A DNA stretch of 64,000 bases from assembly GCA_038087875.1 (NCBI GenBank), contig CM075981.1, forward strand, positions 19,344,001-19,408,000. The letters are read 5' to 3'. This stretch comes from Malacoraja senta (lineage: Eukaryota). The number at the start of each line of letters is the position of its first letter. The stretch's first letter is position 1. Under the pieces are notes generated by a model. That model made no database searches and was not told the DNA's origin. It saw only the letters and a program-made list of their open reading frames with translations. Below, piece after piece: positions 11,401 to 23,400 of this stretch. The position numbers and the translations under genes were made by a program.

Positions 11401-14400
11401 GTGAAAGAAGATGTTGGTTTACAAAAAAAACATACAATGTGCTGGAATAACTCAGTGGGTCAGGCGGCATCTCTGGAGAACGGAGATAGGTAATGTTTCG
11501 GCTCAGAACCCTTCTTCGGACTGATTGTAGTGAGTGGGGTGCATGGGGAATGCTGGATGAGTGCAGGGCAAAGCCCGGCAAATGATAGGTAGAAACAGGA
11601 AAGGGGGAGGGGGTTGATAGGCAGAAAGTTGGGCAAAATCCAGTGATGAAAAGACAAAAGGTGTGAGATAAGGATAGAAGATATTTTATTGTGTTTTAAA
11701 TGTTGTTATGGTACCCGCTGCAACCTCTTCATCAGGTTGCACATTCCATTTATGCACCACCTTCTGTGTGGAAAACATTGCCCCAAACGTTTCCACTAAA
11801 TCGTTCCCCTCTCACATTAAAGCTATGGCTTCTAGTTCTTGATTCTAAAGCCCTGGCGAAAAGACAATGTTCACCCTATCTATGCTCCACGTAATTTTAT
11901 ACACCCCTGTAAGATCATTCAGCCTCCTACTCTCCAAGGAATAAAGTCCTAGCCTGCTCAAACTCTCACAGTCATGTCAACATCCTTGTACATCTTTCTG
12001 TACGCTTTCCAACTTAATGGCATATCTCCTATAACATGTTGACCAAAATTGAACTCAATACTCCAAGTGTGGCCTCATCACAGTTATGTACAACTGCAAC
12101 ATAGCATCCCAACTTCTATATTGAATGCCTATACTGATAAACGGCAGCATTCCAAAAGCCTTCTTCACCACCCTGTCAACCTATGTTATTTTCACGGAAC
12201 TATGTACTTGTACTCAGTCCCTCTGTTGTACGAGACCCTCCAGGGATCAATGTTATGATACATTGATGAAGCCACAGCTGGAATATATTGTGTACAATTC
12301 TGGCCATCACACTATAGAAAGGGTGTGATTTCACTGGAGCAATGCAGAGGAGATTCATCAAAATGTTGTCTGGGATTGAGTGTTTCAGTTATGAGGGGAG
12401 ACTGGATTGGTTGGGTTTGTTTTCTTTAAAGTGGAGGAGGCTGAGAGTGGAGGAGTGTAGTTATAGATGCACCACATTATGAGGGACCGAGATAGGGGAG
12501 ATAGAATGAATAGATTTTTCTAATAGAAGATATATATTTAAGGAGAGTAGTGAGAGGTTATAGAAGATCTGAGAAAGATTTGTTTCGATTGGAGGGCAGA
12601 TAAAATCTGAAACACACTCCCTAAGATGGTGGTGGGGCAGATATTCTCACAGTATTAAAGCATCTGGGCAAGGGCATAAATTTCCAAGGCTAGAAAGCTA
12701 TGGATCAAGTACTGGTACCATTGGGCAGACTATACGAACACTTAAAACCACGCACTACCAGCCTCAGGACTCCAACTCAGGAACAGCTGAGTCAAACTAC
12801 TGAATGGTCCACCCATAAGCCAGGTATAATCCTGATCTTCCAATCTACCACATTGCCAACATTGGACTTTTTCTTTGAAACTAACATTACAATGCTGCAA
12901 ATATATATTCTGCATTCTGGTATTTTTCTTTTTGCTTGTGTATATATTGATTGTAGTTATGTATGTTTAAGAAGGAACTGCAGATGCTGGGAAATCGAAG
13001 GTAGACAAAAATGCTGGAGAAACTCAGCGGGTGAGGCTGCATCAGGAGCGAAGGAAATAGTCAATGTTTCGGGTCGGAACACTTCTTCAGACTGAAGAAG
13101 GGTTTCGACCCGAAACGTTGCCTATTTCCTTCGCTCCATAGATGCTGCCTCACCCGCTGAGTTTCTCCAGCATTTTTGTCTACCTTTGAAGTTATGTATT
13201 GTATGATCTGATTATTAATTGGATAGCATGCAAACAAAAGCTTTTCACTGTATCTCAATCCATGACACAATAATAAACCAATCCCAAATGGGATTAGTGT
13301 ATATGGGTATTGATGTGGCATGGACATGGTGGGCCAAAGAGCCTGTTTCTGACTGACGTTATGACTGCAATCTCTTACTAGTTGGGTAATGTGCAACTTT
13401 GTTATTCTTCCTGCAAAAATAAACAATTTAACATGTTACCCACATTATTCTACATTTGTTAGATCCTTGCCCGCTCACTTATCTTGCCTTATTATCCTTT
13501 AATAATTACCTTATGTCCACTTCATAACTTACTTTCCTACGTTTTGGGCCTTTTCCACGAGCCGTTAAAATTCATATACTAGTGGAGGCTCCAGAACGAG
13601 CCCTATGGCAATATTTTACTTCGGAGTCACGTGAGTGACTACGTGAAGACTCCGCCAGCAGGCATGCGCGACACGCAGTGCAACGCGACGGGCGGGGGAA
13701 GAGCTCTCCCGCGGCAAGGTTTAAAACGGGACCTGCAGGTAAGGTAATCTTATTCTGAGGTCGTTATTTCGAACCCTTGCTGTGTTTGTACTTTAGCAGA
13801 CATGGACAAGGGAAGAAAAATAAAGAAGGTCGCGTCTCGTACATCTGTGGTGGACCAGGAAGGTTCCGGCAGTGGGGGGCGACCGACGGCACCGGGACCG
13901 CATTCCCTGTGGTCCACAGTCATGGACTCTAACACTGCACAGCCAAGCCCAAAGCCGCAAGCTGCTCAGCTGGAACCAACGCAGCGGGTTGGAGGCAAGG
14001 CGAAGCAGAAGTCGGACCGGCCGATAGACTCGGATGAGTCCGGTCAGGAGGACGCGCTGCCCGAGAGCAGCAAAGGTGTCCGTCTATCCCGCATGGAGCG
14101 GTTGATGGAGCAGATGCTTGAGCGAGACTTGCTCCAGGAGATGGAGCACGCTCGCCATGGGAGTGCTTGGACACCCACAACAGCACCGTATTCGGCGCTG
14201 TCCATCGCATCTCCCTCGACAGAGGGGAGCGTTGGGGGCCAGGTCTGGGCTGGCCTGGAAGAGGGGATCATGGCTGAAGATACCAGTAGTGTGCTGGGGG
14301 TGCAGGACCAGGAAGAGCTGCTGGGAGTGGTCAACAGGTTTGGGGTACCACCGCAAGCGGGACAACCATTGCAGACCAAACTGGCGGCCAGTATAGACTA

Positions 14401-17400
14401 CCTGTCCTTCCACCCTCTGCAGGAACAGGTAGTCAATGAAACTATGGAAAATTACATACCTCCGGAGAACTGCATCTCGCTAAATGTACCCGCCGTCAAC
14501 AGCCAAATCTGGGGGTACATTGGGCTGGGTATAAGGGCCCAGGAGGTGAAGCTTCAGAAAATATTATACTTCTGACTTCAGCCATAACATCCTACGCTCG
14601 TTCTATTGATGGGGTTGAAATGATGGATAACCAGCAGGACACACTGTGTAATACACAGTATGAAATAAACTGCCTGCGGAAGAACGCCATCAAACCTGCC
14701 CTCAACCCCAAATTCGCAGGGTTGTGCAAAACTGCAACTGCACAGCCACAAATACTGCTGTTTGGGAAAGACTTGTCCAAACAAGTAAAAGAACTGGACG
14801 AAGAGTCTAAAGCAGTTGGACTTATGAGGGCAGCTGCAGGAACGAGCAAAACCACACACCCCAGGCGGCAGCACCCCTATGCATCCACCAGCAGGCATCA
14901 ACACCAGGATGCTGGTGAAAGCATGAGGGCTGCACATCAACCAAAAAGGTCTTTTTTAGGCCAAGGCCCAGAGCGGCCCTCATGGAAGATGCGCCAACCC
15001 CACACTCCGGCGCCTCAACCAGTGAAGAGACAGAGGCCGAAGAAATGAACTTACCACCGGTAACCATGGACGTAGTTGGGTCTGGTTCCTTCCAGAACAT
15101 AAAAGGTGTAGGTCCTGTACTAACAGGGGGAAGGTTACACTTGTTTTGGGAAGCATGGAGGAATATTACATTTGACAAATATATACTACAAAGTATTCAG
15201 GGATACAAAATTGATTTCATCCAAAAAAGTATGCCACCAGTTCAACATGTACCTGACAGGGAGTTTGCACTCTCACAAGGGGAAAAATTCAAAGGACATG
15301 CAGAACTGGTGAGATTACATGCTAAAGGAGTTATAGAGAGAACGGAGCATGACTCTCTGGAATTTCTATCGAACATATTTACAAAAACTAAGAAAGATGG
15401 TGGATGTCGCATCATCATTGACTTAACTAAACTGAATACTTTTGTTAACTATATACATTTCAAAATGGAAACATTTGTTACTGCCAAACAATTAGTTTCC
15501 GAAGGATACTTCATGGCATGCATCGATTTAAAAGATGCATACTATTCAGGACCCATTCATAAGGATCATCGTAGGTACCTAAAATTTAACTGGATGGGGC
15601 AACTATGGCAGTATAAAGCATTGCCTAATGGGTTAACATCAGCCCCAAGACTATTTACCAAGATATTGAAACCAGCCTTGGCAATACTAAGGAAACAAAA
15701 ACATATTGTTATGGCATATATTGATGATATTTTGATTGTGGGGAAAACCCTGGAATTAGCTAAATCAGCCGTTTTAGCTACCAAACATCTGTTTGAAACA
15801 CTGGGGTTTATCATACATCCAGATAAATCTAAGTTGACACCATCCACAACTATGGACTATCTGGGATTCACAATTAACTCTGTCCACATGTCTTTAACAT
15901 TGCAAAAGGACAAAGCAGCAGATTTGGTGGAAGTCGGCAACAAATTGATTGTTACTAATCAACCATCTATTCGACAGGTGGCAAAAGTGATTGGGAAACT
16001 AGTAGCAGCATTTCCAGCTACTCAGTTTGGACCTTTGCATTACCAAAATTTACAAAGGGCAAAGCCGCTAAAACAACATAAAGGTAATTTTGATCGGCCA
16101 ATGCAATTACCAGCCAAAGCAATTTCGGAGTTACAATGGTGGAGAGAAAACATTTGGCATAGTTCCAGCCCCATTGTTATTAGTAACCCATCATTCACAT
16201 TACAAACGGATGCCAGAGCTCAGGGCTGGGGGAGATACGTTATTTTTGCCTTCCATCACAGCGTTGTGATGGATGTATGTGTAAATTGTGTTGTGTCTCG
16301 GGTCTTCTTTGTTTTGTATTGTATGGCTGCAGAAACGACATTTCGTTTGGACCTCAAGGGGTCCAAATGACAAATTTGTCCCTCAAAAGACAAATAAATT
16401 GAATTGATTTGGAATTGGAACTAACACTATATCTAGTACTGGTGGTAGATGGAACATACAAGAATCATTACTACTACAGACTCTGGGTATAAATTACTTA
16501 GAAATGTTGGGTGCGTTTTATGGGCTAAAATCTTACTGTTCAGCTATGCACCATTTGCATGTCTGCCTACAAATTGACAATACCACAGTAGTGGCTTATA
16601 TTAATCATATGGGTGGAATAAAATCGATATCGTGTGACGATTTGGTCAGCACAATTTGGCAATGGTGTGTCGACAGACATATTCGGCTATCAGCAACTTA
16701 CCTACCAGGTAAGCTCAATACAGTGGCAAACACCTGGTCACGAAAATTTAATGACAACACCGAATGGATGTTGAACCACAAAGTATTTGTTGATATTACA
16801 ATGCGGTATGGTATACCTGATATCGATCTCTTTGCATCCAGACTGAATCACCAGTTACCAACATATGTCGCCTGGGAACCAGACCCTGAGGCAGCAGCGA
16901 TGGACGCGTTTTCGCTGAATTGGGGGAAATTGTTTTTCTATGCCTTTCCCCCCTTCTGCCTCATCAGTCGGGTCCTATGCAAAATACAAATGGACTCAGC
17001 TTCAGGTATTTTGGTAGTACCCGATTGGCCTACACAGCCATGGTTCCCTGTGGTCCTCGACATGGTCTCTGAACCACTCATGGCCATTCTCAAAAGACCA
17101 GATCTCTTGGTCCATCCTGTTACGGGCGAAAGTCATCCGTGCCATGACAGGATAAATCTGTTGGCTTGCAAAATTTAAAAATACCTCTTTTGGATCTGGG
17201 ATTATCGGACAGGACCATGAACATGATCACGGCGGCCTACCGAGAATCCACTAAGAAGCAGTACCTCTCCAGCATTCGGAAGTGGGAAGTGTACTGCTCA
17301 AGGACTGGGGTAGCATACAAATCAGCTACAATTACCAATGTCCTGGAGTTCCTATCCAGCCTTCACTTTGATGAAGGACTGAGTTACAGCACAATTAACA

Positions 17401-20400
17401 GTCTATATTTATGGCAGGCACCGGGACAACAGTCCATGGGATCCCACCCTCTAGTTGCCAAACTAATGAGGGGTATCTACAACACCAATCCCCCCAGACC
17501 AGGTACACCCAGATCTGGGACGTCAGTGTTGTACTGACATTGCTAAGGGGTTGGTCACCAGCAATGTCCCAGTCCCTGGAACAGCTCACACTAAAAACAG
17601 TAATGCTGATGGTTTTGGTCTCAGCTCAAAGGGTCCAGTCCCTATACAAATTAAGATTGGACAATATGAAAACATCAACTGACAAGATAACCTTCCGGAT
17701 CTTGGCGTTGGTCAAACAGAATAGACCGGGAACTTCGGGACTGAGTTTGGAATTCCGGGTATACCCACCTGACCCCCATTTGTGTGTCATGACACACCTA
17801 CTGCTTTATCTTAGAACAACAAAAGCCTTAAGAGGAAGCAAAATCGCATTATGGGTTAGTTTCAAACAGCCTCATGGACGGGTGTCAGTACAGACCATCT
17901 CAAGATGGCTCAGACAGGTTCTGGGGGCTGCTGGGGTGGATACTGACATTTTAAAATCTCACTCCACCAGGGCAGCAGCAACATCGGCGGCAAGAAATAT
18001 GGAGGTACCAATGGACCATATCCTGGCGACAGCAGGATGGTCTACGGAAAAGACTTTCCAAATATTTTATAATAAGCCTATCGCCAAACCTGCAGTGTTT
18101 GCAGAAAGAATTTTAAGTTCTGCAATATAATTTAGCCCGAGGGAGCATTATTTTCTTTGTTAAAAAAAATAAAAATAAAATCGTTATTGTTTTAAAAAAT
18201 TGATTCATGTTTAATTACGATAACATGCTTCCTCCCTTGGATGACCTCGGCAGTGAGTGAGGCATGGATTTGTTCCACGGCATGAAATCACAGATCTTTA
18301 AAATCTTCACGTAGTCACTCACGTGACTCTGAAGTAAAATAGTAAGATTAAACGAGAACTTACCAGTTTGAAGTTTGATCTTTATTTTATGAGGTGTTAC
18401 GTCGAGGGATTACATGCCCTCCACGCCCACCCTCTTGTAAAGGTCAACTGGTATCCTAGTTCTTCTTATCTTACTATGTTTATTTCATTACTATTACTGT
18501 GATTCCACACCGCTGCTTTGAAGAATGTCGCGCATGCTTGCTGGCGGGGTCTTCACGTAATCCGTCGACGTAACTCCTCATAAAATAAAGATCAAACTTC
18601 AAACTGGTAAGTTCTCATTTAATCTTACTATTTATTATATGTTGTTCATTTATGCCTACTCTGTTTCCTGTTATCCTGCCAGTCTTCTGTTCATTCCAAC
18701 ACAAATCATGCTGCACTACAAGCTTTTAATTTATTCAATAACTTTTGATGGAACATCTCCATCAAATGCCTTATGGAAATCTAATAACAGTGCGCCTTCA
18801 TTAGTTTCTGTTCCTTCTTGTTTGTTTCTGTTCCTACTTGTTTGTAACAAAGTGCCCTAAGGCACATCTCTTCCCTCAGTGACTCTCTCTGGAGCTAACT
18901 TATTTCGCATTGATTACATTTGCAATTTCCCTTTTTGTATTTTGGACCCACCCAAGCCAGCATGGATTTCTTTCTCTCTTCTGTAATTCATCTCCTATTT
19001 GCACCTTCTACAGTCAGGTTCTGTACAGGAAACAAGTATTCACCATCTCGCAGCCAGCACCACCATCGCCTCTGTTATGTGTGTCTCTCTGTCGCTATCA
19101 TTGGTATTCTCTCTGTATTTCCGATTCCACCTTTCTGTCACATAAAATACATTTGATTTCTAACTTTTCCAATTTCTGACATAAAATCATTGACCTGGAA
19201 TGTTGTTTATCTTTCTCTCATATCATTGGCTGTAGAACCTTTGGAGTATTTCTGATATTTTCTGTTTTTATTACACATTTCCAGTATCAGCAGTGTGTTT
19301 CACTCACCATGTGTGGCCTGTTTGCAGACATCCGTCAGCCTGATCTGAGCCGTGCCCTCACTGACCAGGTTCCAGGCCTCACACTTGTACACAACGTTCC
19401 CGACCTCTGCTGTGTGATGAACCTCTACCGTCTCTCCGTGTTCCCGGGGGTGATGGGTGCTGTCGTTACCCAGAGGTTCTCCTCCCCTCCACCACCTGAA
19501 GTTGGTGGAGTCGCCAGAGGTCACGGAGCAGGTCAGGGTGAAGTTGCAGATGCCGGTGCTCTGAACCGTGATATGTGTTCCTGCCACGGGCTCTGAGGTT
19601 GGGGCAGAAAGAAAGATGAGTAAAGGAGATCCTTGTGGGCCCCACGATACCCAACACCCCTTCTCCAACAGCCTCGAGTGAACTTTAAGCCGATCCCTGC
19701 TCATTTCCACCCAACAGTTTAACTCTTCCCTGCCCCCACCGCCCCCCTTCAGTTCAGCGAGTTGTTGCTGTATGAAGCCCACACGTGATGCGCCCCCTTA
19801 CCGACTACTGCCCGCAATCATCCACCAACTCTCCACCATGTCCTGTTTATGGCTCTGTATCATAAGTGATAGGAGTAGAATTAAACCATTTGGCCCATCA
19901 ACTCTACTCCGCCATTCAATCATGGATGATTGAACCTGGGGATTCTATCCAGATGCAGTTTTTTTTTTTCACTTCCGCAAATGGTCCCTGTGTCCCTTAT
20001 GCACCTGAGTGTGACCCAGCCCAGACCGGTCCTGAACCTGGTCCAAGAGTGTCAGACTGGGATAGCGTGCCATGTTCCAGAGTGAATCCAGCACCATGCA
20101 GATCCTGGGTCACACACCCTCTCCCCCACAGAGACTGAAACAGCTCACAAATCGGGGGTGTAAGTAGCAAATTATTCCCAGACTTGTGATGGGACACATT
20201 CTGAGAGGGGAACCAAGGAGTCAGAATGGGAAAAATGTCACAAGGGACAGAGCAGAGATCTGGGGCTGCAGAGTCACCCTCACTGAAAGCAGATACATGG
20301 GTAGAATCTCCTGATCACTGCCCCCCATCCTCAGCGGATGAACTAGCTCTCCCTCATGTTGGACAACACTTAGAAAGTGTCCTGAGACGAGCAAAGGCCA

Positions 20401-23400
20401 GAGTGTCCTCGAGGTGGGGATTTCAATGTCCAACATGGGAGTGGGTTGGTAGCACCTCGACCTGGCCATCCCCAGGCTACCAGTGGCAGGTGCATCTCTC
20501 CCTGACACCAATGATGAGACTTACCACTGGACAGTCCTTGTGGAGACAAGTCTGGTCTTCGCACCGAAGGCTCATCCCCATCATATTGTGTGGCACCTAC
20601 AATTGTGCTCAGTGGGAGAGGCTCAGAAGAGATCATGCAGCTGACAACTGGGGTCCATGCGGTCCTGTGGACAGCAGCAGAACTGTCCATCAGGCAGTCT
20701 GTAACCTCATGGTTCACGCCACCAATCCTGTCACCGAGGCGGTCAACCCTGATTCACTGAGGAGCGCAGAGGACATGAGGAAGCAGCACCAGGTGGAGAT
20801 ACACATGACGAGATGCCAGCTTGGTGAAGCTGCGACAGAGGACAACATGGGAGCTCATCAGCAACAACAGCTGCAAAAAAAGAGCTGAGGACGTCACAGC
20901 CTATGGCTCAGGTCAAAGCTCTGGTCCAACTACATCTGGACATGAATAGTGGTGGACAATTTAACAGCTCATCGAATGCAGCAGCCAATTCCCCATCCTT
21001 AGCGATGATGTGACCCAGCATGTGAGTGCTGGAGACAAGGCCGATCATTTACAACCATGTTCAGTCAGAGTGCTGGAGTGGATGATCTCTGTTCTTCTGA
21101 GATCCTACCGTCACAGAAACCAGTGTCCAGACAATTTAGTTGACTCCATGCAAAATCATGTTTATGTTACAGGAGCAGAATTAGGCCATTTGGCCCATCA
21201 AGTCTAAGCCGCCATCTAATCACAGTTGATCTATCATTCCCTCAAACCCATTCGCCTGCCTTCTCCCCATAACCCCTGACACCTGTGCTAATCAAGAAAA
21301 TATCAATCTCCACCTTAAAAATATCCATTAACTTGGCCTCCAAAGCCTCCTGTGACAATGAATTCCACAGAAACAACACCTTCTGACAAAATAAATTCCT
21401 CTTCATCTCCTTTCTAGAGGCAACATAGAACCATAGAAACATAGAAAATAGGTGCAGGAGGAGGCCATTCGGCCCTTCGAGACAGTACCACCATTCATTG
21501 TGATCATGGCTGATCGTCCCCTATCAATAACCCGTGCCTGCCTTCTCCCCATATCCCTTGACTCCACTAGCCCCTAGAGCTCTATCTAACTCTCTCTTAA
21601 ATCCATCCAGTGAATGCCTCCACTGCCCTCTGTGGCAGGGAATTCCATAAATTCACAACTCTCTGGGTGAAAACATTTTTTCTCACCTCAGTCTTAAATG
21701 ACCTCCCCTTTTTTCTAACTGTGGCCCCTGGTTCTGGACTCGCCCCACATTGGGAACATTTTTCCTGCATCTAGCTTGTCCAGTCCTTTTACAATTTTAT
21801 ATGTTTCTATACGATCCCCCCTCATCCTACTAAACTCCAGTGAATACAAGCCTAGTCTTTTCAATCTTTCCTCATATGACAGTCCCGCCAACCCAGGGAT
21901 CAATCTCGTGAACCTACGCTGCACTGCCTCAATCACAAGGATGTCCTTCCTCAAATTAGGAGACCAAAACTGTACACAATACTCCAGATGTGGTCTCACC
22001 AGAGCCCTATACAACTGCAGAAGAACCTCTTTACTCCTATCCTGAAATCCTCTTGTTATGAAGGCCAACATTCTATTAGCTTTCTTCACTGCCTGCTGTA
22101 CCTGTAAGCCAACTTTCAGTGACCGGTGTACAAGGACGACCAGGTATCGCTACATCTCCCCCTTACCTAAGTTTGAGATAATAATCTGCCCCCTTGTATT
22201 TGCCTCCAAAGTGGATAACCTCACATTTATCTATATTGCACTGCATCTGCCACGCATCTGCCCACTCACTCAACCTGTCCAGGTCACCCTGCAACCTCCT
22301 AACATCCTCCTCACAGGTCACACTGCTACCCAGCTTTGTGTCATCTGCAAACTTGCTAGTGTTGCTCCTAATTCCCTCTTCCAAATCATTAATATATATG
22401 GTAAACAGTTGCGGCCCCAACACCGAGCCTTGCGGCACTCCCCTCACCACTGCCTGCCATTCTGAAAAGGACCCGTTCACTCCTACTCTTTCACGCCAAC
22501 CAATTTTCTATCCATGTCAACACCCTACCCCCAATATCATGTGCTCTAATTTTAGTCACCAGTCTCCCGTGCAGGACCTTATCAAAGGCTTTCTGAAAGT
22601 CTAGATACACTACATCCACTGGCACCCCTTCATCCATTTTACTTGTCACATCCTCAAAAAATTCCAGAAGATTAGTGAAGCATGATTTCCCTTTCATACA
22701 TCCATTCATTCTACTCTTTGCTTCCGGTGGCGTCATGTTAGACTAACAGACGTGCACCTAGCTCCTCTCCCGAAAAACTTCACGTTTTATCGTGTAAAAC
22801 GGGTCCAGAAATCGGGATTGTTTTTAAAAACCTTACCGGAGCTTCTGGTCATCGCGCTGATGACGTCATCGTTAAACGCGATGTTTTAAACGGTGGTTTG
22901 AAGCCCTTTAAATGAGTAAACTGTCTCCAGCTGTGAGCCCTCAGAGAGCAGTGAAAAAGCTGCTGAAAGACCAGAATAAGTCTGAAGCAGAGGTTACTTC
23001 TGAAGTTACCTCTGAAGTCTCTGAAGTGGCTGCAGAAATGGATACAAGATCTAAGAAAGACTTTGATGACTTGAAGAAATCAATGAAAAATTTGAAAGAT
23101 GAGATTTCGGATAATATGAAGGAAGATAAGAAGGAAATGAAGGAAAATAGGATGGAAGATAAGAAGGAAATGAGGGAAAATACGGCAAAAATGATGGAAG
23201 GAATGGAGAAGAAGATGAAGGATTTAAACGCTGGTAACCAGAAGAATATGATGGATTTACTGGACATTATGAATAAACGAATTGATGAGGTGAAAGATGG
23301 ACTATCAGAGAAAATGGATAAGATGGATGTAACTACTACGGATAAGTTCACGGTTGTGCTTGAAACAGTAGCTGCAAGTATGCACACAATTACGGAATTG

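Larger units (their letters stand above)
13612..18633 (+). mobile_element. DIRS1-type tyrosine-recombinase retrotransposon (copy 1), full length, partly decayed
   Basis: Left terminal repeat 13612-13673, right terminal repeat 18526-18633, ICR 18304-18405 complementary to both termini; gag, RT/RNase H, MTase-like and YR ORFs. Confidence 0.95.

Noticed and set aside
20226-20888. 220-aa plus-strand ORF in intron 2
   Set aside because: No recognisable domain and low-information composition; possibly an old TE relic, but I cannot support a call.
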